Below are positions 9,592 to 19,976 of a stretch of DNA of 64,000 nt, one piece after another. The stretch covers positions 558,001-622,000 of the forward strand of contig CP060754.1 of assembly GCA_023205875.1 (NCBI GenBank). The letters are read 5' to 3'. This DNA is from Chloropicon primus. Lineage: Eukaryota. The notes under the pieces were generated by a model. The model searched no databases. It had not been told where the DNA came from and saw only the letters and a list, made by a program, of their open reading frames with translations. A program made the position numbers and the translations under genes. The first letter of the stretch is position 1. Each line of letters opens with the position of its first letter.

Positions 9592-11895
9592 TTACTTCAA
9601 AAGCTCCTCCAGCGTTCCCATCTTCGTAATGCTGCACACGCTCTTCAGAAGGCCGCACGCAACAAGGGCTGCAGATCCCTCTCCCAAACGCATACCCATG
9701 GTCAGCGCAGGGAGGGGAGGGAGGGGAAGACCGCTGGCCTCGGCCACCTTTGCAATGGCGGTCAGAGCAATTTTATGACCGGGCTCCGAGGTCACCAGGT
9801 CGGGAAAGAAAAGCACGCGGATGCACAGGGGGCTGATGTGACTCGCGATGAGCGCTGCAACAGTGCAAATGTATCCGTCCACCAAAACTGGCACGCTCTT
9901 CTCTGATGCCTCCAAGATGCTTCCAACGAGTGCACACAGCTCGGCGCCACCGAAGCGTGCGAGGAGTGCTGTCGGACCCCCCGTTCGAACGCCGCCGCTT
10001 TGCGAGGACAGAGCTTTCCGAACAATGCCAACCTTCTTGGCAATGGCCTTCTTTGAGATTTCCCTTCCAACCGTTGCCCCCACTCCGCAGGCTTCCTTGG
10101 GGTCACAGCCTGTCAAAGCACAGAGGAGCAGGGAGGAGATCGTCGTGTTGCCTATTCCAATCTCGCCCAAGAGGATCAAGTCATGCTGCTGTGCTAACGC
10201 CTCTCTGACCTTGGTCCTTCCCACCTCCATCAGCTTGAACACTTCCCCGCTGGTCATGGCATGGCCCCTGCAGCAGTTTCGCGTGCCTTCCCTCAACTTG
10301 AACGAAACCTCTGCTTTCGCATCACTCGGCGGGTCTCCACGGCCCTCGCTGACCCCCACGTCCACGACCTTCAGGTCCACATTGTTTGCTTTGGCCAAGA
10401 CCGGAGCTGCTGTCAGCCCAGTGTTGAGACCTTTCAAAATGCTCCTGGTCACCTCCTGGGGGAAGCCAGAGCACCCCTCCCCGCCCCTCGCCTCGCTCTT
10501 CGCCACCCCATGGTCGGCGCAAAAGATGATGAGCACCGGAGAGCGTATGGAAGGGGTAGGTGATTTCTGCAAGGCTGCTAACCGCGCGCACCAGTCCTCA
10601 AGAGTGCCTAACGAACCCACGGGCTTGCATTTGCGATCCAGCTCTTCAGTCATTGCTTCATACATGTCCGCAAAGTCACCTTCCAATGCAAGGGCCTCGC
10701 CCCCTTTCGCGGAGACGCTGGTCCCCCCCCTCTTCTTCGAAGTGAGCTCCCTTTGGAACACATCGGGGGGGCCAACAGCAGCACACCAAAGGCACAAAAA
10801 CAGACTGGCGAGGGCGAGTCTATACACCGCCCCTTCGCTCTCCATGATGAGCCAAAGGCCCCGGTCACCCGTCACGAGGTCTCTGAGATCCCAGCGCCCC
10901 TCCAAAACCTTCATGGCGATCCCCTCCAGACTGGCCCTTGCCAGAATCGTCGTGAACGCCACAAGCTCCGCCACGCATATTGTTGCCCCGAGGTAGTCCC
11001 CCAAAACTCCTCCCAAGAGGTACCTCGCGTACCTGCCAGATAGCCACGCGGTCAGAAAGACGGCGGCGAGCAGGAGCCAAGTCCAGACCCCGCTCCCGTA
11101 ACAGAGGACGCCCACGGCCACCGTGTAGAGGCTGGCGAAGCTCACCCTTCCAAGAGTCACGAGCTCCTTGGCCCTGAGCATGAAGCCATAGAACCTGTGC
11201 TTCGGGCCACCTTCGTCGACGTAAGGGTTCGTGGCCAGAAGGTATGGGGCCGTCCATCTCGCGGCAGCGTGTGCCACGACAAGGGCCGGTCCAGCCCCGC
11301 TGCAGTCCATCCACGCCCAACGAGAATTTCCGAGAGAAGAGAGGAGCTCGAGCTTTGCCACCACGTAGAGCACGAGCGTGGCGCAGCCGTAAGTCCCGAG
11401 CCTCGTGTCGCTCATAATTTTGAGGATCTGGCTCTTGCTCCAACCACCTCCTATGCCATCGGCGGAGTCCGCGAGCCCATCCTCGTGAAAGCACCCTGTC
11501 ATCCAGAAGGAGAACCCGGTGGAGATCGCCGCTGAGACGGTGGCTGGAAGGGCCAAAAAGTCCACGGCGAAATCAAACCAAACGCTGACGAACAGGCCCA
11601 CTATGCTCCCGGCGAGGGGGAAGTACGCCATCCCCCGCATGAGGTAACCCGGGTGGTGGTCGACCCAAGTGGGGGCAGGCAGGCGAGTGATGAACGTCCA
11701 GACCGTGAAAAACGCCCTAATCTCCGCCCTGAGACCTGAGCTCCCCCCCTCCCCACGGAGGAAGTCGGAGATCTCCTTGTCCACATCGCTCGACCCGCGC
11801 GTGCCCTGGCCCCGTGCCTCAACTGTCCCCCTCTCCAGCACCGACGTGTCCTTCTCCTGGACCCCCTCCCTCCTGATCCCGTTGTTCACGGCCAT
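9592..11895 (-). CDS. cobS-cobT: Fused cobalamin (5'-phosphate) synthase CobS + nicotinate-nucleotide:dimethylbenzimidazole phosphoribosyltransferase CobT
   Basis: Single intronless ORF. CobS motifs: FITRLP, YFPLAG, GCFHEDGLADSADG, ILKIMSDTRLGTYG, GGVLGDYLGA. CobT motifs: KPVGSLGTLE, FCADHGV, GEIGIGNTT, FGGAEL, VLVDGYI, SEPGH, GMRLGEGSAA. Confidence 0.93.
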   Translation of the reverse strand: MAVNNGIRREGVQEKDTSVLERGTVEARGQGTRGSSDVDKEISDFLRGEGGSSGLRAEIRAFFTVWTFITRLPAPTWVDHHPGYLMRGMAYFPLAGSIVGLFVSVWFDFAVDFLALPATVSAAISTGFSFWMTGCFHEDGLADSADGIGGGWSKSQILKIMSDTRLGTYGCATLVLYVVAKLELLSSLGNSRWAWMDCSGAGPALVVAHAAARWTAPYLLATNPYVDEGGPKHRFYGFMLRAKELVTLGRVSFASLYTVAVGVLCYGSGVWTWLLLAAVFLTAWLSGRYARYLLGGVLGDYLGATICVAELVAFTTILARASLEGIAMKVLEGRWDLRDLVTGDRGLWLIMESEGAVYRLALASLFLCLWCAAVGPPDVFQRELTSKKRGGTSVSAKGGEALALEGDFADMYEAMTEELDRKCKPVGSLGTLEDWCARLAALQKSPTPSIRSPVLIIFCADHGVAKSEARGGEGCSGFPQEVTRSILKGLNTGLTAAPVLAKANNVDLKVVDVGVSEGRGDPPSDAKAEVSFKLREGTRNCCRGHAMTSGEVFKLMEVGRTKVREALAQQHDLILLGEIGIGNTTISSLLLCALTGCDPKEACGVGATVGREISKKAIAKKVGIVRKALSSQSGGVRTGGPTALLARFGGAELCALVGSILEASEKSVPVLVDGYICTVAALIASHISPLCIRVLFFPDLVTSEPGHKIALTAIAKVAEASGLPLPPLPALTMGMRLGEGSAALVACGLLKSVCSITKMGTLEELLK

Positions 11896-12095
11896 CGCCT
11901 CGCCTCGCCCATGCCATGATCTCTCTGTCACATGAACAAACCAAACCACCAATGATCAGGAGAGGGAGGGAGGGGAGCCAGGGCAAGGACAGCTCCCAGG
12001 AGGGGCTCTTTGATCCCATGCCAACAACGGCTCGTCTGCTTGATGAAAACGACCTCCCGTGGCCCCCTCACACAACTAATGTGATATACGATAGA

Positions 12096-12837
12096 TTACA
12101 ACTTGGGCAGCAGGGGAACTCGGAACAGGAAGCAGGCACTGCTTATGGCGAGAGCAAAGTAGGAGATGCTGCCCAAGACATTGATGAGGAAGACGGTCAA
12201 ACCAAATGCAAGCGTCCTCTTCACTCTGAATTTCGCCTGCAGAAAGTTGACAAACTTCTCGAACAGGGGCGACGCCGCGACGGCAATCGAGGCTCTGATT
12301 GGCCTCAGCAGGTTTCCAAACGATAGGTAAAGGCCTCCGTAGATCCCCAAGAACGCTTTCCAGTTGCCAGCGGCGAGCGGACTGAGGCCCGTCGTTTGGC
12401 CGCAGATGACCCACGCAATTGTGATGAGCGTGCCTGGCGGGAAACAACAGGTTCGATTCGATTCGGTGAGTTGAAGAAAAAGGTGAGACGGGAAGGATGG
12501 TGTACTTACAAGCATTGACGTTCGACACGAATCCGTACGACAGGAGTACGCTTGCTCCGAGCGATGCGATCTTCTTGCGGTCCAGCCCCTTGCCCTTCTT
12601 GAAGAATGAAACCAGCTTCGCTCGAAATGAGCCCTCCTCTTCCCCTTGGTTGAACCGAAAGCTCACCCTCCCCACGCCGTTCCTAAAGGAAGCCGAGCCG
12701 CGACACGACACCTGCCTCGAACATCCGTGAGGTCGGGACCTCCCAAGTGCGACGACGCCCTGGCCTCCCTGAAACCCCGCTCGCGTCCACCAAGGGGTAG
12801 CCCTCCCCTTCGTCGTCGTCCCTGGCGAGAGCCTCAT
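12096..12837 (-). CDS. Hypothetical plastid-type membrane protein; intron 12434-12509
   Basis: GTAAGT..CAG splice joins LSYGFVSNVNA|CTLITIAW...GLSPLAAGNW...LRPIRASIAVAASP; several hydrophobic helices. Confidence 0.65.
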
Positions 12838-12925
12838 CCTCTTCCTCTCTGGCAAGATCCAAAGACAAGATCCAGACAAGATCTCTTGTGGCCAGGGAGG
12901 CGAGTCGAGAGAGAGAGGGAGCAGC

Positions 12926-14453
12926 ATGGCACGGTGTGGGCGAGGAGGTGTTTGGGGGGGGAGGGGCACGACGGGAGGGACCCACGAGAGGGGTTCGACC
13001 CGACGAGTCGCGAGCGCTCGCGCGTGGTCGAAGGCGGAGGGCGAGAGGGGAGCCCCGAACCGGCATGGCGACAAGGCTATGACGGGCAGCCTGAGGGAGA
13101 GGCTGGGGAAGTTCGCGTGCTCGGTGGCGTGCGCGCTTGTGGTGGGTCAGGGTACCGTCGTCGCGCCAAGCCTGGCCGTGAGACTGACCCCGGAGGAGAA
13201 GAACACGGTCAGCGTCTTTCAGAAGGCGAAGGAGGGCGTGGTGTTCATCACCAACCTCACAAACAGGCAGGATCTGTTCACTCTCGACCTCAAGGAGATC
13301 CCGCAGGGAGCGGGGTCGGGGTTCGTTTGGGATGATCAGGGCCACATCGTGACGAACTTCCACGTGATCAAGGGGGCGAGCGACGTCCAGATCACGTTCC
13401 AGGACCAAAAAGTGAAGCACGGGCGGGTCGTGGGCTACGACGAGGACAGGGACATCGCTATCCTGCAGGTGGACGAGGAGGCCCTGGATGCCGGGTCAAG
13501 GAGCGTGGAAGCCGACACCGTTGGACTGGGGTTGGGGCCCCCCGCTTCGATCAAGGGCGACAAGGCGAGAGGCGGCACCAACAGCGGTGCGGAAGCGCAG
13601 AAGGGTGGGCTTGGGGGAAACGCGGACGGGATCGCCAAGCCTCTCCCCAGGGGCAGCTCGGAGCTGCTCGTGGTGGGCCAGAGGGTCTACGCGATAGGGA
13701 ACCCCTTCGGTCTGGACCACACCCTGACGCAAGGCATCGTGTCTGGTCTCGGGAGAGAGATCACAAGCGGCACGGGTCGGCCGATATACGACGTGATCCA
13801 GACTGACGCAGCGATCAACCCGGGAAACTCAGGTGGCCCACTGCTCGATTCTGAGGGGAACGTGGTCGGCATCAACACTGCGATCTACAGCAGCACCGGG
13901 ACGAGCGCGGGGGTGGGTTTCGCGATCCCCATCGACCCGATCAACTTGTTCGTGGATCAGATCCTGAAATACGGCAGAGTGACCCAGCCCATTTTGGGCA
14001 TCTCCTTTGCCCCTGACCAACTCGTGGATGAACTGGGCATCGAAGGGATCCTGGTCTTGAACGCCATTGAGGGCGGCCCCGCCTCGAAGGCAGGCATGCA
14101 GGCCACCACAAGGGACTCGTTTGGCCGATTGGTTCTCGGAGACATCGTCGTGGGAATCAATGGAACGGAGTGCAAAAACTCCTCCGATTTGTACAGAGTG
14201 TTAAACAAGTTAGCGGTGGGGGATGTCGTTTCGCTGAGCATTATCCGAGGCAACTCGAAGCAGGCGATTGACGTGACGCTGATGGACAGCAACACGGTGA
14301 TACCTCGAATCAGTTTACAGGTATGATGGCAAAATCGTGCGATCGCATTCTCTTCTGAACCTCCCACTGACAAGGATTCTTCTTTCTTTCTTTTCCGTTC
14401 AGAGCGCCCTCACCGCCGAGGACCTGGGGGACTTCGGCGACGACGAGCCCTAA
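12926..14453 (+). CDS. DEG1: Deg/HtrA serine protease, chloroplast DEG1-like; intron 14321-14402
   Basis: Triad motifs TNFHVI, DRDIAIL and TDAAINPGNSGGPL; C-terminal PDZ; lumenal-type signal region. Last exon SALTAEDLGDFGDDEP*. Confidence 0.9.
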
Positions 14454-14496
14454 GCGCTCCCCTTCGTAATGTATCCTTTTTTCTTTCCTTTTGGCA

Positions 14497-15618
14497 TCAA
14501 CTCTTTACCGTGCGAGAGCCAATAATCATCTTTATCCGCTGCACCATGAAGAGGATCCAGGCGAGCGGGTTGGCGTAGCCCAAGATCGTCATCAAACTCT
14601 CGAGCGGAAGAAAGGACGTTTTGAGCTCCTTTGCCCGCCTCTGCGCCTTCGCTGCCCTCTGTTTCCTTCCCTGTATGCTTGGGAATCCGCTCCTTCTTGA
14701 CGTCAACGGCACCCGGCTACTTTGTTGTTGCGTGACGGGTGGCATCACCGGCTCGCTCTCGTCGATCACGATTGGCTTCGAGCTACTACTGCTTACGCTC
14801 GGGGTCGGTGACTGCTCGATTATCCCCTTCTTCTGAAGGTCTTGCACCAAGATCTTGGGAAGGTCGCTCGCCTTGCTCTCCGCTCTGCTGCTCTCCTTCG
14901 CCCCCGTGAGAGGATGGATGTCAGACACTTCCCCTGTGGTCCAGTCGTACGTGTAAAGCGCGCTCCCATCCGAGCGAATCAAGCGCATCTTCACCCCAGT
15001 GTCGCCACCCGTGTTCCCCGCGCGTATCAGAGACTTTTGGCTCAACTTCCTCCGCTCTGACACGACCAAGACCCTGAATATGTTGTCCAGGGGGTGCTCC
15101 CTCGAGGTGATTCCCGTCTCCTTGGAGTAGAAGTGCGCTCCCTGCGCCTCGTCGTCCCTCTCCTCCCAGCCGTAGGGCAGTGGGGCTATCACGCACTGCC
15201 TCGCAATCCACAGCAAGCTCTGCTCCTTCCTTGTGTCGATGCCGAGGTACCTGGCCATCTCCACAATCTCTTCTCGTGAGACGAGGTCCGCTATCACTGC
15301 CTTGAAGGCGTGGAAAAGTCCCTTGTACTCCACATCGCACGGATGGTCGTACTGGGCCTTTCCCGTGTCGTTGTTCAGGTACAAGACGTCGCCTTTGTGG
15401 TCCTCCACCTCTTTCCAACCATCTGGCAAGGGAGCCAAAAGGGCTTGCTCCGCTATCCAAAGAAGCTCCCCATCTTGCCCCGGCCGCAAGCCCAGGTACT
15501 CGGCGTAGTCCGAAACTTCCTGAACCGTGGGCTCTCCCTTTCCTTCCTCTACTTCCTCCTTCCCGCTCTCCTCCTCTCTTTTGTCCCCCTCCGTGGCCAT
15601 GACCTCCGTCCTTTCCAT
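14497..15618 (-). CDS. Protein with two tandem CEP164-type N-terminal/WW modules
   Basis: Two copies of E(V/I)xxxAxYLG...LLWIAxQxxxAPLPxGWxExxD...Y.....TG.....HPxD. Confidence 0.75.
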   Translation of the reverse strand: MERTEVMATEGDKREEESGKEEVEEGKGEPTVQEVSDYAEYLGLRPGQDGELLWIAEQALLAPLPDGWKEVEDHKGDVLYLNNDTGKAQYDHPCDVEYKGLFHAFKAVIADLVSREEIVEMARYLGIDTRKEQSLLWIARQCVIAPLPYGWEERDDEAQGAHFYSKETGITSREHPLDNIFRVLVVSERRKLSQKSLIRAGNTGGDTGVKMRLIRSDGSALYTYDWTTGEVSDIHPLTGAKESSRAESKASDLPKILVQDLQKKGIIEQSPTPSVSSSSSKPIVIDESEPVMPPVTQQQSSRVPLTSRRSGFPSIQGRKQRAAKAQRRAKELKTSFLPLESLMTILGYANPLAWILFMVQRIKMIIGSRTVKS

Positions 15619-15817
15619 CTCGCCCGCTCAACGACTTCTCCAGCCAAGGCCAAGGGGAACGAGAAAGTGGTCTCGCGAGAATGAGAAAGGCACTGGCGCG
15701 CGCGCGCAATAGATTTACAAGAAGTAATTTAGCGTATGTATTTTGATTCACGGCGGGCACGCAGGGGGTGCTGGAATTCTCTTTGCTCCTCCCTCCCCCC
15801 CCCTCATACCTCGCTGC

Positions 15818-17365
15818 TTAGAGGCTGAGGAGGTCTTCGATCCTCGAGGCTTGGGCGTTGGCGTCAGCGCGAGCCTCTGCGGTGGTCTGCTCCTCAACCA
15901 CGTTGACCTTGGCAGGATCCTTCGCCAGCTCCGTCGCTGGTTCTGCATCGAAGCTGATGAGATCGGGTTGGTCGTAACCGCTCGTTCTCTGCTGCGTCTC
16001 TGTCGAAATGCTGCTGCTGCTGCAACTGAAGACGTTGTCTTTCAACTCCACTGCCCCGTCGTCCATCTCTGCGGGGTAGCTTTGGGTGAGTGCGACACTG
16101 TCAACAAGCCCTTTTCCTGGCCTGCCAACGTTGCTGGTCGCGGCACCACCCCCGATCGCCTGATTCGGAGAGAAGATGCTTGTGTACAGGTCCTGGCCTC
16201 CTTCCAAGCCTCCTCCAGCGGCAATATTTTTACAAGGAGGTTTGGACCGGGCAGTCACCAGTGAGTCGTGGAGCATCGTGCAAAAGTCTATCTCGTCGTT
16301 CAGAGTCAGGGCCCTGTGCAAGACGGCTTCGTCGCTCAAGTGGTTGATCCACCGCGTTTTGATTTCCTTCTGGCCTTCCTTGCAGCTCTCCATGATGGAG
16401 ACTACCAACTCGTCCGAGAGGGCCGCGTCAATGGCGTCCCTGCAGTTGGCGTCCACGGCCTCCAGAATCTCTTTCAGCAGAGCACAACTGTTCCACAGAG
16501 TGTCAACCTTTCCCTTCACGTCCTCGTCCGTCGGGACTGAGGCGCTCTCCGCTTCTTCTTCGCTCCTTGTTGCCGTGGGGTAAGGATGGCGGTAAGCCAC
16601 CCTATCGCTGTTGGCCATGTTGTAAATCACGTTGGTCTGCAGTTGGCTGCTGGGGTGACTTCCTTGTTGATTGACGACGACGTAGTGACCCTGGTTCGCC
16701 AGAGGCTGCTCGCTGTAGCGGCTTTCGCTCTCGACCGTCTCCTGCGCTCGCAAGATTCTGGCTATCTCCGCCCTGTTGGCCTCCTCCTCCTTCTCCTCCT
16801 TGGTGGCATAACGCGCCGGTGGCGTGCTGATGGGGACGCACTTCGTTTCCGCCCTCGGAAAGCTCACGTTGTGCTTGAACTTGAGGGTGTTGAAAGCCTC
16901 CTCGAAGCACGGGGCCACGTTCTTCCAGTCCAATATCAAGGTGAGAATCTGGTTCTTCAACTCCTCGCTACAGCCAGCGGTGTCGTTGCTCGTCACGAGG
17001 CGGATCAGGGTCTCCGCGAAGCAGGTCGGGCGGTCCAGATACCCCTGAAAGTCCGACCCGCAGTTCTTGACGCACGTGTCAGTGAGCGTCAGAGTGAGGC
17101 TGGTGACGTGGGAGTCCCCGTAGTCCAAGCGGTTGGACAGTGCGCGCGCCACGCTCTCCTTCATCTTTGCGTCGCCCCTGTTCACGAAGTCCACCACCTC
17201 CATATTGAGAGCCCAGTCCGAAGTCATGAGCAAGTCATTCGTCGCCCTGTTGACCATCTCCCGGACGTAAGCGTTCTCATCGGTCTTCAGGTCACCCCCA
17301 CCTTTCGCCATAACGTTTGCGTCACTTATGGTCTTGTACCCGAAATACGAGCGCAAGCGTTCCAT
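15818..17365 (-). CDS. TOM1-like (TOL) VHS + GAT domain protein
   Basis: VHS motifs RATNDLLMTSDWALNMEVVD, TLTDTCVKNCG, ILTLILDW; GAT-like DEAVLHRALTLNDEI; C-terminal DLISF and DLLSL clathrin-box-like motifs. Confidence 0.85.
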   Translation of the reverse strand: MERLRSYFGYKTISDANVMAKGGGDLKTDENAYVREMVNRATNDLLMTSDWALNMEVVDFVNRGDAKMKESVARALSNRLDYGDSHVTSLTLTLTDTCVKNCGSDFQGYLDRPTCFAETLIRLVTSNDTAGCSEELKNQILTLILDWKNVAPCFEEAFNTLKFKHNVSFPRAETKCVPISTPPARYATKEEKEEEANRAEIARILRAQETVESESRYSEQPLANQGHYVVVNQQGSHPSSQLQTNVIYNMANSDRVAYRHPYPTATRSEEEAESASVPTDEDVKGKVDTLWNSCALLKEILEAVDANCRDAIDAALSDELVVSIMESCKEGQKEIKTRWINHLSDEAVLHRALTLNDEIDFCTMLHDSLVTARSKPPCKNIAAGGGLEGGQDLYTSIFSPNQAIGGGAATSNVGRPGKGLVDSVALTQSYPAEMDDGAVELKDNVFSCSSSSISTETQQRTSGYDQPDLISFDAEPATELAKDPAKVNVVEEQTTAEARADANAQASRIEDLLSL

Positions 17366-17622
17366 CTTGGCTCACCTCTTCGCCAAGTTTTGGCAAGGCG
17401 TTCCTCCTTCCTCCTCCCCCCCTGGTTGGGGTCCCTCACCCCTCCTTCTCCTCCTCCCGAAAAGAGCACCGCCTTTTCCACCTTCTCCGCAATCCTTCTC
17501 CTCCCTCGTCCCGTCGTCGTCGTCGTACAGTTTTTTGAGTGATGAATCCGTCTTTTCCCTCAGGACAGAGGAGGAAAAAGGGGGGAATTTCATTCTCCGA
17601 GATGAAACAAAATGTTACGATG

Positions 17623-18862
17623 TCACGAGGTGGTATACCAATCTGTCCTCTCCACAGTGTGAAAGGAGTCGTTTCTCTTTTGAAGCCAAACGCTTTCGAC
17701 TTTCTCCACCTCCAAGGCGGTCGTGCTCAACGTTATCAGAACGTAGTTGTGCTGCAAGCCCCCCTCCGGGCCCCTCCGTATTCTCGGCACCACCGCACAG
17801 TTCACCTGCGAAGGAAAGGACCAAAGTGTGTGTCAGCCAGGGAACGTGTCGAGGAATTTGCTTTCTTTCATTCTGAAGCAGAAAAAGTGTCGACTTACGT
17901 AAGCCACCCCTGTGGTGTCGTCCTTGTGAAACATCTTCCGCTCCGTCTTCGGCAGCGCACACCTGTGAAGCTTATGGTGCATGTGCCCAAAAACCGCCAA
18001 GGGAATTCGCCTTCCCCTCTCCAGAACCGCCGCGATGGCGTCCTCCATGTCCTTGTCCCCGTAGTCACCCTCCTCGGGTCTCCAGTCTTTCCCGCAGGGG
18101 CTGTCTGTGCGCAACCAAGGAAGAAGAGCCATCTGTCAGTCCCATCGGCCCCGTCCCGCCCGGCTTCAACAACAACTCACCTGCTGTAGACCCCAAACCA
18201 GATGGGCCGTTGTGGCTAAGCAGAAGAAGGGGGTGGTGCTCCGGTTCGGCCAAGCACGCCCCCACGATCTGCGTCGTTGAGTCGTCAAATCCCCTGAGAC
18301 CATACAAATCCCTATAAAAATTGCTGAACCTGCTCCAGTCCCCACCGCCCGCCGAGAAGGGGCGGCAGCCAACTACGCTGAGCCCGAGATCAGGCAAGCA
18401 CTTCGCCGACAGGCCCACGTGGTCATCTCCCAGTAGATCCAGCTGCTCCTCCACGCCCTCCATGCTCCCGCCCCCCTTGGTGGAGTACCACCCATCGTGG
18501 TTTCCTAAAATTACAGCCTTCCTGGCGGAAAGCCGAGAGATCTGGGACACGAGGTCCACGTCCTCCTCCCCAAAATCCCCCACGAAGAGCGACAAATCCG
18601 GCTGCAGCCACGACAGCGCCTCCTCGCTCTCCTCGTTCCACAGGCCGTGGACGTCCCCCACGCACGCAATCTTCAACATCGAGTCGAAGTCCCCGCTCCC
18701 CCCCGCGTGGCACACCCCCTCGTCCCCCCTCGTCCCCCCGCCCCTCCCCTTGGCCCAACTCCACGGCCGCGGTGACCCCAGCCCTCGGCAACCCAACGCC
18801 CTCGCCTCTCCCGGCGACCAGGACCGCAGGAACCGACTCGCCGCGACCCCACCTAGCACCAT
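17623..18862 (-). CDS. Calcineurin-like metallophosphoesterase (TIGR04168-type); introns 18105-18180 and 17806-17898
   Basis: GDVHG, FVGDFG, LGNHD, LSHNGPSGLG and FGHMHH motifs. Splicing gives G|DSPCGKDW and AY|VNCAVVPR. Confidence 0.85.
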
Positions 18863-18932
18863 CCCTCGGCGCCTCGCCCCAATTGATCTTGAAACGCTCC
18901 TGGAGGAGGGCAGCAGGGCGCGGGGGGGGGGT

Positions 18933-19976
18933 ATGAGGGCGGCGAGGGCCGGGGGAGTGCTGCGCGGGAGGAGGGGCGTTGTCGCTGCCTGTGCGAGGGC
19001 GAGGCCTAGCGGAAGCGGAGATACCGGGAAGAAGACTTTCTTTTGCTTCGGAGCGGGGTACACGGGTCTCGGGCTCGCGTGTGCTCTGCAGGGAGACTTC
19101 GTGGTGCACGCGACGACGAGGAGCCCAGCGAAGCAGGACCTCCTGCGATCTTGCGGCATCGTGCCGCACCTCTTCGATCCCTCCTCTGGGTTGAAGCTGA
19201 GCGAGGAGGGGGAGGAGGCTCTGCGCTCGAGCACAGCGGTGCTCTCCACCATCCCCCCCTCTACTGTCGTCGGTCCCCCCCACGGGGTCGACCCCACTGC
19301 GGAGTTGATCCGAGAGGTTTTCTCCGCGACTCGGGGGTCCTCCTTGTCGTCGTCGTCGCCGCCGCCGGAGGGATTGGACTGGGTAGGGTACGTGTCGACG
19401 ACCGGGGTCTACGGCGAGAGGCGGGGGGAGTGGGTCACTGAGGAGACTCCGGTCGGCAGCAACCCGGTGTCCGATCGGGCGTCCGCTCGAATAAGGGCGG
19501 AGGCTGAGTGGCTGGCGCTCCCGGGGGAGCTGCCCGTCCACATATTCAGGTGCGGGGGGATCTACGGCCCCCACCGAAACGTTCTGCGGACCGAGAGCAA
19601 GCCGGAGAACGTGAGGAGGAGGAGGAATCAGCAGCTTGTCTCGAGGTGTCACGTGCTCGACGTCGTTCAAGGCCTCCTGAAAAGCATGGAAGCCCCGAAC
19701 TCTGGTGGCATTTACAACATAGTGGACGATGACCCTGCCCCCAGGGACGCCGTCGAGGCGTTTGCGCTCGGCTTGGTGGGACGCCCGCGCCCCACCGAGG
19801 TGGTTCCGTCGTCGTCGCGGCAGGCAACCAAGCGCGTGAGCAATGCGAGGCTCAAGGGCGAGCTCGGCGTCGTTCTGAGACACCCCACATACAAGGAGGG
19901 GATGAGGGCAATCGTGGAGGGCGACATACGGCCGTTCACACGGGAAGTCTTGGACGAGCTCATAAAGATAAAGTAA
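18933..19976 (+). CDS. NAD(P)-dependent epimerase/dehydratase, atypical SDR (YeeZ-like)
   Basis: FGAGYTG, YVSTTGVYG, FRCGGIYGP, SRCHVLDV, YNIVDDDPA and KRVSNARLK motifs. Confidence 0.88.
   Translation: MRAARAGGVLRGRRGVVAACARARPSGSGDTGKKTFFCFGAGYTGLGLACALQGDFVVHATTRSPAKQDLLRSCGIVPHLFDPSSGLKLSEEGEEALRSSTAVLSTIPPSTVVGPPHGVDPTAELIREVFSATRGSSLSSSSPPPEGLDWVGYVSTTGVYGERRGEWVTEETPVGSNPVSDRASARIRAEAEWLALPGELPVHIFRCGGIYGPHRNVLRTESKPENVRRRRNQQLVSRCHVLDVVQGLLKSMEAPNSGGIYNIVDDDPAPRDAVEAFALGLVGRPRPTEVVPSSSRQATKRVSNARLKGELGVVLRHPTYKEGMRAIVEGDIRPFTREVLDELIKIK

Noticed and set aside
11896..12095. Possible cobalamin riboswitch upstream of cobS-cobT
   Set aside because: I could not find a B12-box or the conserved core by eye, and the region is short. 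An Infernal search with the Rfam cobalamin models would be decisive.
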